This document shows, in pieces, positions 8,411 through 17,045 of a stretch of 38,365 nucleotides of DNA. Both the position numbers and the translations under genes were made by a program. Within the stretch, counting starts at the first letter, position 1; the number at the start of each line of letters is the position of its first letter. The notes beneath the pieces are model-generated. The model ran no database searches and was not told the origin of the DNA. It saw only the letters and a program-made list of their open reading frames with translations. The stretch is from a virus, in UHGV virus genome UHGV-0208091; one strand, written 5' to 3'.

Positions 8411-8445
8411 TGTTCACCTCACACAAGTATTGAGCGCTTACTAAA

Positions 8446-8460
8446 TCAAGTTAAACTTGA
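8446..8460. promoter_or_regulatory. operator OL site, perfect 15-bp palindrome TCAAGTTAAACTTGA
   Basis: perfect palindrome, repeated exactly at 8493-8507, between cI end and first PL gene. Confidence 0.7.
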
Positions 8461-8492
8461 TAGTGAGAGGTTAGCTTTATGATTTTATGCAG

Positions 8493-8507
8493 TCAAGTTA
8501 AACTTGA
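8493..8507. promoter_or_regulatory. operator OL site, perfect 15-bp palindrome TCAAGTTAAACTTGA
   Basis: second exact copy, centres 47 bp apart. Confidence 0.7.
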
Positions 8508-8572
8508 TTGTTTTTTTGGTATAGGTAGATTTAAAAGGGAGGAACGGGCAAAAGCCCGTTGTCTATCAATAA

Positions 8573-9247
8573 TTAACCGAATCTGTTAATGTTGAAAGGA
8601 ACTGATGAGATAACTTTTGACTGGATGTAGAGCATATCCAAGGCATCCTTCTCGATGCTCCAAGATTGGTAATTCGAGTTGTCAGATAATACTACAATTT
8701 TGCTGCCTATTTTTTGCAGCCTCTTTACATAACATTCACCTTCAAAACAAAAAGCATAAATCCCGTCACCATCGAAGTATGTTATTGTTTTATCTAGAAA
8801 TAATAAATCACCCGGTGCTATTGTTGGCGACATGCTATCACCCCTGGCATTGCCAATCTCAATGTTCTTGAAGGGTCTGTTGCCTACAACTTGACGGGCG
8901 TACTCGGGGTCTAACTCTATGGAGCGGACCACATCAATGAAGTCACTTTTCACGCTAACTCCATCACCACAACTGAATTCAATATCTAATACTTTGAATT
9001 TAACGCTATCAGTATCTCCTTTTTGAGCGGACGCAGGGAAGGTGGCGGGTTGTCCCTCACCCAGAAACCAGGATTGTGGGTATCCACTGATTTCAGAAAG
9101 CTGGGCTAATCTCTTACCCCTTGGGACAGTGTCTCCCTTCGTCCAGTAGACAACCGTCTGCGTGCTAACCCCTAACTGACGAGCCAGCTCGGCTTTACTC
9201 CACCCTTTTTCCTTCAGAAGTTCTTGAATCATGTTTGCCATGGCCAC
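8573..9247 (-). CDS. cI: CI-like prophage repressor (HTH_XRE + S24 LexA-like autopeptidase)
   Basis: 224 aa; N-terminal HTH (SKAELARQLGVSTQTVVYW), C-terminal GDSMSPT Ser and KR Lys dyad; divergent from cro. Confidence 0.9.
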   Translation of the reverse strand: MAMANMIQELLKEKGWSKAELARQLGVSTQTVVYWTKGDTVPRGKRLAQLSEISGYPQSWFLGEGQPATFPASAQKGDTDSVKFKVLDIEFSCGDGVSVKSDFIDVVRSIELDPEYARQVVGNRPFKNIEIGNARGDSMSPTIAPGDLLFLDKTITYFDGDGIYAFCFEGECYVKRLQKIGSKIVVLSDNSNYQSWSIEKDALDMLYIQSKVISSVPFNINRFG

Positions 9248-9299
9248 TGTATCTCTCCAAAAGTTTCATTAAAGCCATTATCTAAAGCAATGCTTGATC

Positions 9300-9314
9300 T
9301 CAAGTTTAACGCAT
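9300..9314. promoter_or_regulatory. operator OR half-site (TCAAGTTTAAC...)
   Basis: left half matches OL palindrome 7/7, right half degenerate. Confidence 0.4.
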
Positions 9315-9363
9315 GGTTTTACTTCTTGCATGTTAATTAAATCTTGATATAGACTCATTCAAA

Positions 9364-9378
9364 TAAAGTTTAACTTGA
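9364..9378. promoter_or_regulatory. operator OR site TAAAGTTTAACTTGA (14/15 match to OL palindrome)
   Basis: in cI-cro divergent intergenic region 10 bp before cro ATG. Confidence 0.6.
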
Positions 9379-9387
9379 TGGTGATTT

Positions 9388-9621
9388 ATGAACGAAGAGA
9401 TTCGGGTGAAATTGTGTGCCATTACTTCCCAAAGAGCGATTGCTCAAGGCTTGGGAGTAACTCCCCAGGCAGTGAATCAGTGGTTTGCTAAGTCTGTAAT
9501 CCCTGCTCGCTTTGTATTGAAACTTTGCGAATTTGTCGGCTGGGCCATTACCCCTCATCAGGTTCGCCCTGACTTGTATCCAAGCGAGCTTGATGGGATG
9601 CCACGAATTGCAGAGGTGTGA
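9388..9621 (+). CDS. cro: Cro/YdaS-like HTH regulator
   Basis: 77 aa; QRAIAQGLGVTPQAVNQW HTH; divergent from cI. Confidence 0.8.
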   Translation: MNEEIRVKLCAITSQRAIAQGLGVTPQAVNQWFAKSVIPARFVLKLCEFVGWAITPHQVRPDLYPSELDGMPRIAEV

Positions 9622-9622
9622 C

Positions 9623-9742
9623 ATGTCACAACAGTCAACCGCTATGCCTGATCCGCGCTACTTCCTGAAGTTGCTGCCACGCAGCATCAGGTATGACCCA
9701 ATAAGCGGGATTTTTTACCTCATTGCGAAGCGGGCAGAGTAA
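9623..9742 (+). CDS. small ORF (39 aa) immediately after cro
   Basis: ATG 5 nt after GAGGTG; below ORF-track size cutoff. Confidence 0.3.
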   Translation: MSQQSTAMPDPRYFLKLLPRSIRYDPISGIFYLIAKRAE

Positions 9743-9745
9743 GCA

Positions 9746-10030
9746 ATGCAACAGGATTTCGTCAGGGTTGAAATGCCAGCGCTTTACTGCCATGCGGATG
9801 CTCAGTGGATACAGGAGCAGTTGTTGAGATTGCCTTCATCACTGCGCCGGAAAATAGCTCTGAAGTATTCAGAGGTTTACGAAATTGAGTTTAACGCCGA
9901 GCCCGTTTCATTCCGACAGGAGAACCGAGCTCGGCATGAAGCCAATGTGAGGCTTCGCAGATTCGTGGATGCGCACGGACGCGCACTGCAGGGGTATACG
10001 ACCCAGCCACCCCTGGCCGGATCACGGTAA
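9746..10030 (+). CDS. hypothetical protein (94 aa) in cII/O position
   Basis: ORF; weak RBS; alternative start at M10. Confidence 0.4.
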   Translation: MQQDFVRVEMPALYCHADAQWIQEQLLRLPSSLRRKIALKYSEVYEIEFNAEPVSFRQENRARHEANVRLRRFVDAHGRALQGYTTQPPLAGSR

Positions 10031-10339
10031 CGATCCGATTGTCACCGGGCTTAAAGGTGCCGGGTGATAGCAGGGTAACCACCTTGACTGTTTTTTGTTC
10101 TGCGTACCAGCTTGCGAGTACATGGGATGGGGAAGAGGGAAGAGGGGGGTTTGGGGGGAGTTGGGAGTTAGGGCAGGAATAGCGTCCTTTTCCAATAGAC
10201 AGGTACATGGGTTAAGTAGGTACCGATCTTGAAGGCAGAGCCATAAAAGAGCGGTGCACTAGCAAACTGGTACGCGGGATCCCGATAAGAGGTAGGGAAG
10301 GTTTCTTCCTGGAAAAGTAGAACTCAAAAAGGGCTGACA

Positions 10340-11998
10340 ATGCTTAACATCACACCGAACTTTGCACAGGAACGCGGGCTTAACATGCTGCGGCGCACCT
10401 GGAAGGCGCACGATTCCTTCATGGTCTACGCACCGACCGGAAGCGGAAAAACAGGCCTGGCTGCGTTTATCGCTTCCGGCCTGGTCAGTCGTGGTATGCG
10501 TGTTCTGTTTGTCGCCCCGTATACGATCCTGATTAACCAGACCGCCCAGCGCTTTACAGAATACGGGTTGCCGGAAGACCAGATTAGTTTTATTTGGCGT
10601 GATCACCCGAACTACGACCCTAATCTGCTGATCCAGATTGCGAGTGCTGACACGCTCATTAGGCGTGAATTTCCCAAAAACATCGATCTGCTTATTGTCG
10701 ATGAGGCGCACCTGCGTAAACGCCGTATCCTGAAAGAAATCGAACGGATCACAGCGGAGAAAAAAGCGAAGGTTATCGGTTTATCTGGTACCCCTTTTGC
10801 GCCGTTCCTGGGCCATTACTATCAACACCTGATTAAGCCAACGACGATTGGCGAATTGATCCAGCGTGGTGACCTCAGTAAGTACGAATTTTTCGCCCCA
10901 ACAAAACCAGATCTTAGCGGGGTAGAAACAAAGCCATCTATAGAGTTCGGTACTGATTACGACGAGTCCCAGCTGGCGGAAATCATGTGCGGTTCTGACC
11001 TGGTGGGCGATATCGTCGATAACTGGCTTCGTCATGGTCGTGACCTTCCTACGGTGGCGTTCTGCGTTAACAAGGCTCACGCAAACTTTGTAACCATGCA
11101 GTTTAACAAGGCGGGTATTAATGCTGAGGTCATGGTCGCAGAAACACCCCACGAAGAACGGCAGGTGATGATTCATCGCTTCGAGACTGGCGCCACAAAA
11201 ATAATCGTCAGTGTTGGTGTTTTGGTAGCCGGTTTTGATAGCGATGTTCGCTGCATTATCTACGCCCGGCCGACAAAGAGTGAAATCCGCTGGTTGCAGG
11301 CGCTTGGCCGCGGACTGCGAACTGCACCCGGGAAAGATGCCTGCCTGATTTTTGATCACAGTGGCACTGTGCATCGCCTCGGCTTCCCTGACTCCATCGA
11401 ATACGACGATCTGCCATCCAAAAACGACGGCATGAAAGCGGCCGCTGCCGGCGCAACTAAGGAACGCGAAGAAAAACTTCCGAAAGAATGCCCCGAATGT
11501 CATTTCATGAAGCCATCCGGCGTTTACGTCTGCCCAAAGTGCGGATTTAAACCGCTCGTTGGTCAGGACGTCGAGACTGACGGCACCCGCAACATCAAAA
11601 AAATGAGCAAGCACGAAACGGTTTATACCAAAAGCGACAAGCAGTCCTGGTGGAGTCAGATCAAGTTTTACCAGCGTCATCGTGCGGCGCAGGGGAAACC
11701 TGTCAGCGATGGCTGGTGTGCTCATACCTTTCAGGAGAAATTCGGCGAATGGCCCAACGGCTTAAGCGACTTTCCAATGGAGATCACACCGGAGGTCAGC
11801 AATCACATCAAACACAAACTTATCAAATTTGCTAAACGCCGCGAACGCCTGCAGCAGATGGGGAAGAAACCTGACCAGGATCTATTTCCACCTCCGAGCG
11901 CCAGTATCAAATATGAGCCTCCTGAGGGTAGCGATGGGCAATTAATTATCGAAGCAAAACGAAAGTTTCAGGAAAACGTAAACAGAGTGAGTCAGTGA
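10340..11998 (+). CDS. phage replicative SF2 (DEAD/DEAH) helicase with C-terminal zinc ribbon
   Basis: 552 aa; Walker A APTGSGKT, DEAH box LIVDEAH, motif VI QALGRGLR, CPECHF...CPKCGF zinc ribbon. Confidence 0.85.
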   Translation: MLNITPNFAQERGLNMLRRTWKAHDSFMVYAPTGSGKTGLAAFIASGLVSRGMRVLFVAPYTILINQTAQRFTEYGLPEDQISFIWRDHPNYDPNLLIQIASADTLIRREFPKNIDLLIVDEAHLRKRRILKEIERITAEKKAKVIGLSGTPFAPFLGHYYQHLIKPTTIGELIQRGDLSKYEFFAPTKPDLSGVETKPSIEFGTDYDESQLAEIMCGSDLVGDIVDNWLRHGRDLPTVAFCVNKAHANFVTMQFNKAGINAEVMVAETPHEERQVMIHRFETGATKIIVSVGVLVAGFDSDVRCIIYARPTKSEIRWLQALGRGLRTAPGKDACLIFDHSGTVHRLGFPDSIEYDDLPSKNDGMKAAAAGATKEREEKLPKECPECHFMKPSGVYVCPKCGFKPLVGQDVETDGTRNIKKMSKHETVYTKSDKQSWWSQIKFYQRHRAAQGKPVSDGWCAHTFQEKFGEWPNGLSDFPMEITPEVSNHIKHKLIKFAKRRERLQQMGKKPDQDLFPPPSASIKYEPPEGSDGQLIIEAKRKFQENVNRVSQ

Positions 11999-11999
11999 T

Positions 12000-12962
12000 A
12001 TGAAAACAGCAGAAGCTGCAAAAGGCCGGTGGGCTGAAATCTTTGAATATTACGGCTTACCTCCTTTCACCGGGAAACACCATTACAAAGGTGAGTGTCC
12101 GGTATGTAAGGCGAGGGGGAAGTTCCGCGTAGATGACCGTGATGGTCAGGGCACATGGATTTGCGTATGCGGTAGCGGCGACGGTATGAAGCTGCTGACC
12201 CTTACCCAGTCAAAAAGCTTTTCCGCCATCTGCGCAGAAGTGGACCAGCTCATCGGGAATAACTATCAGCGCATCAACGTGCCTGCTAACAGTTCGGCGG
12301 CGCGGCAGCGCCAGCGAGTCATTAGTAAGTTTTCAAAGTTGCTCGATTTAAGGGGAACTAGCGCGGCTGGTTACCTTCTGCAACGTGGGATAAGCCGCCT
12401 GCCGGCAGAAGGCATCCGTTTTTGTGACCGCCAACGCCATGCGGGGCGCGTTTATCAAGCTCTGTATGCCCTGGCTACCGATGACAAAGCTGAGCTTTGT
12501 TACCTGCACCAGACGCTGCTGGACGGCGACAGGAAGGCAGATATTGATAGCGCCAAACGTCTTAAGTCGCTTCAAGAGGACAGCTATCTGGATCACGCCC
12601 GCTCTGTGGCCATTCGCATGTTTCCGGTATCAACGACGATCGGCATCGCCGAAGGTATCGAAACAGCACTCTCCTGTAATCAGGTTTATGGCGTCAATAC
12701 CTGGGCGGTAATCAACAGCGGGTTTATGAAGAAATTCCGGGTACCGGCGGGTGTGAAGCATCTGATTATTTTTGCCGACATGGACAAGCACTCTGCAACT
12801 GGACATGCCGCGGCGTTCGAGTGCGCCCACGCAAACCTGCTGGCGAAAAACGACCTGGTGAAAGTCAGCATACGCTGGCCGGATAACGGAGATTTCAATG
12901 ATATGCTTATGAACGGCGATCAGGTTCGTGAACAAGTTTTCTATAAAAAGGTGGCAGTATGA
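12000..12962 (+). CDS. DNA primase, P4-alpha-like zinc-binding domain + TOPRIM
   Basis: 320 aa; CPVC...CVCG zinc ribbon near N-terminus, TOPRIM-like IAEGIETALS and FADMD acidic motifs; follows helicase with 1-nt gap. Confidence 0.75.
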   Translation: MKTAEAAKGRWAEIFEYYGLPPFTGKHHYKGECPVCKARGKFRVDDRDGQGTWICVCGSGDGMKLLTLTQSKSFSAICAEVDQLIGNNYQRINVPANSSAARQRQRVISKFSKLLDLRGTSAAGYLLQRGISRLPAEGIRFCDRQRHAGRVYQALYALATDDKAELCYLHQTLLDGDRKADIDSAKRLKSLQEDSYLDHARSVAIRMFPVSTTIGIAEGIETALSCNQVYGVNTWAVINSGFMKKFRVPAGVKHLIIFADMDKHSATGHAAAFECAHANLLAKNDLVKVSIRWPDNGDFNDMLMNGDQVREQVFYKKVAV

Positions 12963-13435
12963 TGAACAATAACAATCTGCAACATAACCAATTCTTCACC
13001 ATCGAACAGGACTTTTCGCCTGAGAAAATTACTGATGCTGAGCGTCTTGTTATGGAGTGCTTCAGTCATATTTATGCAAACTGGGCCGATGAAAAAAACT
13101 TAAGTCGTGAGGCAGAAGAACTTCGCGTAAGAGAAATAAAAGGTTTTAAAAACATCCTCCTCTCTCCCTGGACATTAAGCGATGTAACCATTGAATGGGA
13201 TTATTGGGAATCTGTACTTCGTCACAGGTATAAAACACAAAATGGCGATGGCTACGTCCAGATTATCTGGGATCGGCGTGGGTGGCTCACTGACCTTTTG
13301 TGCGTCATGAAACCTGTTACCCGGGCTGAAGCATTAACAGTCTGCAAGTGGTTACTGGCATGTGACTATTTTGAGGAACGGGATTCGCTGTTTGATTGCA
13401 TTATTTTGAACCTGGTCGGGGAGTGCGAAGAATGA
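12959..13435 (+). CDS. hypothetical nin-region protein (158 aa), lower GC
   Basis: ORF overlapping primase stop (ATGATG) and Q-like start (ATGA). Confidence 0.55.
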   Translation: MMNNNNLQHNQFFTIEQDFSPEKITDAERLVMECFSHIYANWADEKNLSREAEELRVREIKGFKNILLSPWTLSDVTIEWDYWESVLRHRYKTQNGDGYVQIIWDRRGWLTDLLCVMKPVTRAEALTVCKWLLACDYFEERDSLFDCIILNLVGECEE

Positions 13436-14214
13436 AACTGGAAGCCTCCCTCAAACACTTTAGCCCGCAGGGGATGCATATCAGCGACGACGTGAAAAGC
13501 ACATCGCCGAATCGCCTGAATGGCACAGACATTATGACCGGGATCGGTGTGACCAGCAGCAGGGCACGCTTCGGCTTGGCCGCTTTCTTCGGAAAGGCTG
13601 GTATCAGCAAAACGGATGAACAGCTCGCAGTTCAAGCGCTGGCGCAGTTTGCCATCAAAAACGCTCCTAAAAATGTCCGCAAAGCCGCTGGTGACGAGCT
13701 CGGAGGCTGCATGTTTACGCTGGCGCAATTTGCCTTTGCGGAATACTCACGTTCGGCGGCCACCAGCGCAACGTGTCACAACTGCAGCGGTACCGGCTTT
13801 ATTTCCCGCCATGAAGATGTAATTAAGCACCCTGGTATTTTCGATGCAGACGGTGTCGAGGTGAAGGCCCCAAAGATTAAAAATGAACTGGTGAAAAGGG
13901 TCTGTGGAGTGTGTGGAGGAAAGAAAGTGATCCATGCGCGATGCAGGTGTGGTGGTAAAGGGGAGGTGTTAGATCGCAAAGCGACCAAAGAACTTGGCGC
14001 ACCGGTTTTCAAAACATGTGAGCGCTGCTCTGGAAATGGCTTCTCTGTTGTACCCTCAGCGACGGTTCACCGCGCCATTCTGAAGCGTCTCCCTGATCTC
14101 CATCAGTCTTCGTGGTCACGCAACTGGAAACCGTTCTATGAGGGGCTGGTGGACATGCTGCGTAAGGGTGAGCGACAAGCGGCTGTAGAATTCGAGAAGG
14201 CAACGACTTACTAA
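13432..14214 (+). CDS. Q-like late antiterminator candidate with four CxxCxGxG zinc-finger repeats
   Basis: 260 aa; CHNCSGTG, CGVCGGK, CRCGGKG, CERCSGNG; position immediately upstream of PR'-like promoter/terminator and lysis cassette. Confidence 0.5.
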   Translation: MKLEASLKHFSPQGMHISDDVKSTSPNRLNGTDIMTGIGVTSSRARFGLAAFFGKAGISKTDEQLAVQALAQFAIKNAPKNVRKAAGDELGGCMFTLAQFAFAEYSRSAATSATCHNCSGTGFISRHEDVIKHPGIFDADGVEVKAPKIKNELVKRVCGVCGGKKVIHARCRCGGKGEVLDRKATKELGAPVFKTCERCSGNGFSVVPSATVHRAILKRLPDLHQSSWSRNWKPFYEGLVDMLRKGERQAAVEFEKATTY

Positions 14215-14255
14215 TGTGATCGGAGCAAATGGCGACATTTTTTTGCACGTTAATG

Positions 14256-14285
14256 TTGACTTTGCATAAAAGTGTCCTGTATGCT
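14256..14285 (+). promoter_or_regulatory. candidate late promoter (PR'-like): TTGACT-N18-TATGCT
   Basis: -35 consensus 6/6, -10 4/6, 42 bp downstream of Q-like stop; followed by terminator at 14328-14358. Confidence 0.4.
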
Positions 14286-14327
14286 TCTAATCATGGATAC
14301 GTACATCCAAATGAAACTGATTCTGAA

Positions 14328-14358
14328 CCCTGCCAACCGGCGGGGTTTTTGCTTTTCT
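14328..14358 (+). terminator. rho-independent terminator (tR'-like) ending a roughly 65-nt leader
   Basis: stem CCCTGCC/GGCGGGG, loop AACC, then TTTTTGCTTTTCT. Confidence 0.6.
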
Positions 14359-14410
14359 GGGGGAAGATTACGCGCTATAACAAACTCTCCCAGATCAGGA
14401 GATATCAGTT

Positions 14411-14656
14411 ATGGAAAATAAACCATTAGATCCGAATCAAAAGGCAAAGATAGTAGCAGAAGCAATGGTTAAACATATGGCTCCGGTGGCTCCCCCTGTG
14501 GCCCAGGTAAAGGAGATTATTGCCAGGGTTCGACGTGGCGGTGAAGAAAGCATGCTGGAATTGGATGTAATGAAAATGCTGACATCATATTTTTTGGAAG
14601 CGACGAAACTTCGGGATTCCATGCCAGAAGAGGTAAAAAAAGCACTTGGTAAGTAA
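14411..14656 (+). CDS. hypothetical protein (81 aa) between two terminators
   Basis: AGGAGA RBS; coding-like composition. Confidence 0.5.
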   Translation: MENKPLDPNQKAKIVAEAMVKHMAPVAPPVAQVKEIIARVRRGGEESMLELDVMKMLTSYFLEATKLRDSMPEEVKKALGK

Positions 14657-14732
14657 TCTGGCACCTACATACTGGCTATTTCGGTAGTAGCTTTCCTTAA
14701 GTGACGTAAAAATATTACCCACGACAATAACA

Positions 14733-14760
14733 GGCTGCGCATTAGCGCGGCCTTTTTTAT
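14733..14760 (+). terminator. rho-independent terminator
   Basis: stem GGCTGCGC/GCGCGGCC loop ATTA then TTTTTTAT. Confidence 0.6.
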
Positions 14761-14929
14761 TTGTGCCGCCAGAACGTCACTCACTCTGTGCTTTGTCGTA
14801 AATCCATCTGGCGGCCTTTCCCCATACAGGGCTCACCTGCGACGGTTCATAACCCAATCGCAGGGCGCTTGCGCAGAGCCCGCACATTTATTCACTCAGC
14901 TTCCCGATCTTTCATCGGAGGCGGTAACT

Positions 14930-15241
14930 ATGGCTAAACGTATGCAAGACAAAGAGAGCATTGCCGGGATGTCCTGGCTGGTTCTGCTGATTATTGCTTG
15001 CTGGGGTGGACTTGTCCGCTACCTGATAGATGTGAAGCAGAGCAAGGCAACATGGAGCTTGATCAATGCTCTTGCCCAAATGGTGGTTTCAGGGTTTACC
15101 GGCGTTATTGCTGGCCTGGTGAGCATTGAAAGCGGACTGAGCATTTACATGATACTGGCCACTTCCGGGATTAGCGGGGCAATGGGTTCTGTTGCTTTGA
15201 CCTATTTCTGGGAGCGCATTACCGGAGTCAAGGCGCCATGA
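14930..15241 (+). CDS. holin (103 aa, three predicted TM segments)
   Basis: small membrane protein immediately upstream of and overlapping endolysin (ATGA). Confidence 0.65.
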   Translation: MAKRMQDKESIAGMSWLVLLIIACWGGLVRYLIDVKQSKATWSLINALAQMVVSGFTGVIAGLVSIESGLSIYMILATSGISGAMGSVALTYFWERITGVKAP

Positions 15242-15777
15242 CAGCAGACCAGATTATCGAGGGGATCCTCGGCAAAGAGGGTGGTTATGTCGATCACCCC
15301 TCTGATAAAGGCGGGCCAACCCGCTGGGGCATCACGCAAACCACCGCCCGTGCACATGGCTACACCGGTGATATGCGAAACCTGCCAAGGGAAACAGCAA
15401 AGCAAATCCTGCTGAGCGATTACTGGACCGGCCCCCGGTTCGACCAGGTAGCGAGTTTGTCTACGTTACTGGCGGATGAGCTTTGCGACACTGGCGTGAA
15501 CATGGGGCCCAGCGTCGCCAGTAAGTTTTTCCAGCGCTGGCTCACTGCTCTGAACATGCGCGGGAAGCTATACCCCGATCTGATCCCGGATGGCGCCATT
15601 GGCCCCCGAACCATCACCGCGCTTAAGGGATACCTTTCAGCCCGCGGGAAAGAGGGTGAACAGGTTCTGTTGCGTGCGCTGAACTGCAGCCAGGGTGCCA
15701 GATACCTCGAACTGGCGGAGGGCCGCGAAGCCAACGAGGATTTTCTCTACGGCTGGGTTAAGGAGCGTGTCATGTGA
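15238..15777 (+). CDS. endolysin, glycoside hydrolase family 108 with C-terminal peptidoglycan-binding domain
   Basis: 179 aa; EGGYVDHPSDKGGPTRWGIT signature of GH108. Confidence 0.85.
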   Translation: MTADQIIEGILGKEGGYVDHPSDKGGPTRWGITQTTARAHGYTGDMRNLPRETAKQILLSDYWTGPRFDQVASLSTLLADELCDTGVNMGPSVASKFFQRWLTALNMRGKLYPDLIPDGAIGPRTITALKGYLSARGKEGEQVLLRALNCSQGARYLELAEGREANEDFLYGWVKERVM

Positions 15778-16121
15778 AGATGATTATTTTCGCTTTGCTT
15801 GTGCTGGTGGCTGTGCTCGTTCTGTTACTTCTTCGCAAATATACCCGGCTGGAGTTCGTAGGGCATGCCAGCTTGCTGCTGAAAACGTGGTCTGTAAAGC
15901 TGGGAGCTATCGGCGCGCTGGTTGGTGTATGGGCGCAGTCGTTCCCGGATGCTGCGCTGCACGCCTGGGCGATGCTGCCGCCGGATATCAAAAATATCCT
16001 GCCGCCAAACATCGTTGCACTGATTAGCCCGGCGCTGGTGGTGCTGGCCGTGCTATCGCAATACGTGCGCCAGCCAGCATTGAAAGAGAAGGCCGACGAA
16101 CTGAAGGATCCGCAGCAATGA
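15774..16121 (+). CDS. lysis-cassette membrane protein (115 aa, 3 TM; holin/antiholin-like)
   Basis: overlaps endolysin stop; hydrophobic segments. Confidence 0.5.
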   Translation: MKMIIFALLVLVAVLVLLLLRKYTRLEFVGHASLLLKTWSVKLGAIGALVGVWAQSFPDAALHAWAMLPPDIKNILPPNIVALISPALVVLAVLSQYVRQPALKEKADELKDPQQ

Positions 16122-16393
16122 GCTTTGAAATTATTGCTGGGCTGGTGGTTGTCATCCTGGGTGCTATCGCTGGTGCGTTCGGCATTGGTCATTCACGCGG
16201 GACCAGTAAGGCAGAAGCCAAAGCCGATCAGCAGCGTACCGAAGAGAACGCCGCCGCCACCGTCGCCGCGGCAGAACGTAAGGCGGAAGTTGTGAAAGAG
16301 GCAAGCGATGTACAGGAAGACGTTAAGCGTATGGGCGATGACGATGTTGATCGCGAGCTGCGCGAAAGATTTACCCGCCCCGGTAGTCGTTGA
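16118..16393 (+). CDS. i-spanin (Rz-like), N-terminal TM + charged periplasmic coiled coil
   Basis: 91 aa; IIAGLVVVILGAIAGAFGIG TM then KAEAKADQQRTEE... Confidence 0.65.
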   Translation: MSFEIIAGLVVVILGAIAGAFGIGHSRGTSKAEAKADQQRTEENAAATVAAAERKAEVVKEASDVQEDVKRMGDDDVDRELRERFTRPGSR

Positions 16394-16538
16394 TACGGCC
16401 TGCAGCTGGGTGAGGGTCATCTACCTGACCGACCACGATATCGACGTGCTGGATAAGCAGACCAAGCGTGACATCCTGGCGCAAAACAAATCAGTGCAGG
16501 CTAACTGCCCGCAACTAACCGGCAGGGTTACGCGATGA
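16308..16538 (+). CDS. o-spanin (Rz1-like) lipoprotein overlapping the 3' end of the i-spanin gene in another frame
   Basis: 76 aa; lipobox LIASC; starts inside i-spanin gene in +1 frame and extends past its stop. Confidence 0.65.
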   Translation: MYRKTLSVWAMTMLIASCAKDLPAPVVVDTACSWVRVIYLTDHDIDVLDKQTKRDILAQNKSVQANCPQLTGRVTR

Positions 16539-16628
16539 CCAAGGCAAAGAATATTGAATTTCGACTGAGCAAACTTGAGAAAGGGCCAGACGAGAACGTT
16601 CTGGCCATCATGGAGATAAGGTCGAGAG

Positions 16629-16913
16629 CTATTGCAGGTAGCTTGCTGAAGCAGATTTCCTGCCAGGCGTTGAAAGATCGATAATGTCAGTGAAGATTGC
16701 CTTGTAGGCTTTATTTAACTTCTCAACTGTTTTCGGGGTGATATCACTCGTAGGCGGCGCGTCGATACCATCCATTAATTCTATTTCAGCAAATTTTTTC
16801 AAAACCTGAAGGACACTCTCTTTTTGTTCTTCAGGCATCGTTTGCACAATAAAAGCAACAACGTTTCTCAGCGCCAGGAGTTGAGCATGAGTTACATAGT
16901 AATGATCGATCAT
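16629..16913 (-). CDS. hypothetical moron protein (94 aa from ATG with AGGAA RBS)
   Basis: minus-strand gene convergent on lysis cassette; palindromic ATGATCGATCAT at start. Confidence 0.5.
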   Translation of the reverse strand: MIDHYYVTHAQLLALRNVVAFIVQTMPEEQKESVLQVLKKFAEIELMDGIDAPPTSDITPKTVEKLNKAYKAIFTDIIDLSTPGRKSASASYLQ

Positions 16914-17045
16914 ATTTTCATTCCTGTTCTGTTGAGCTCGGCGATTTAACAGTATAGCGGAGAAATATTGCCCGCTACTCTGTGGCAACTTTCAATCGTG
17001 ATGACTGGCAATAGCGGGACTTTTTATGCCCGGAACGGAGTATTT

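Noticed and set aside
8617-8871. 84-aa plus-strand ORF
   Set aside because: Embedded antisense in cI repressor gene.
10781-11725. 314-aa ORF on minus strand
   Set aside because: Antisense to the helicase gene, whose plus-strand frame carries Walker A, DEAH and motif VI. No RBS. Likely shadow ORF.
14229-14429. 66-aa ORF between Q-like gene and 14411 gene
   Set aside because: Overlaps the predicted promoter/terminator leader. No RBS. Leader RNA explanation preferred.
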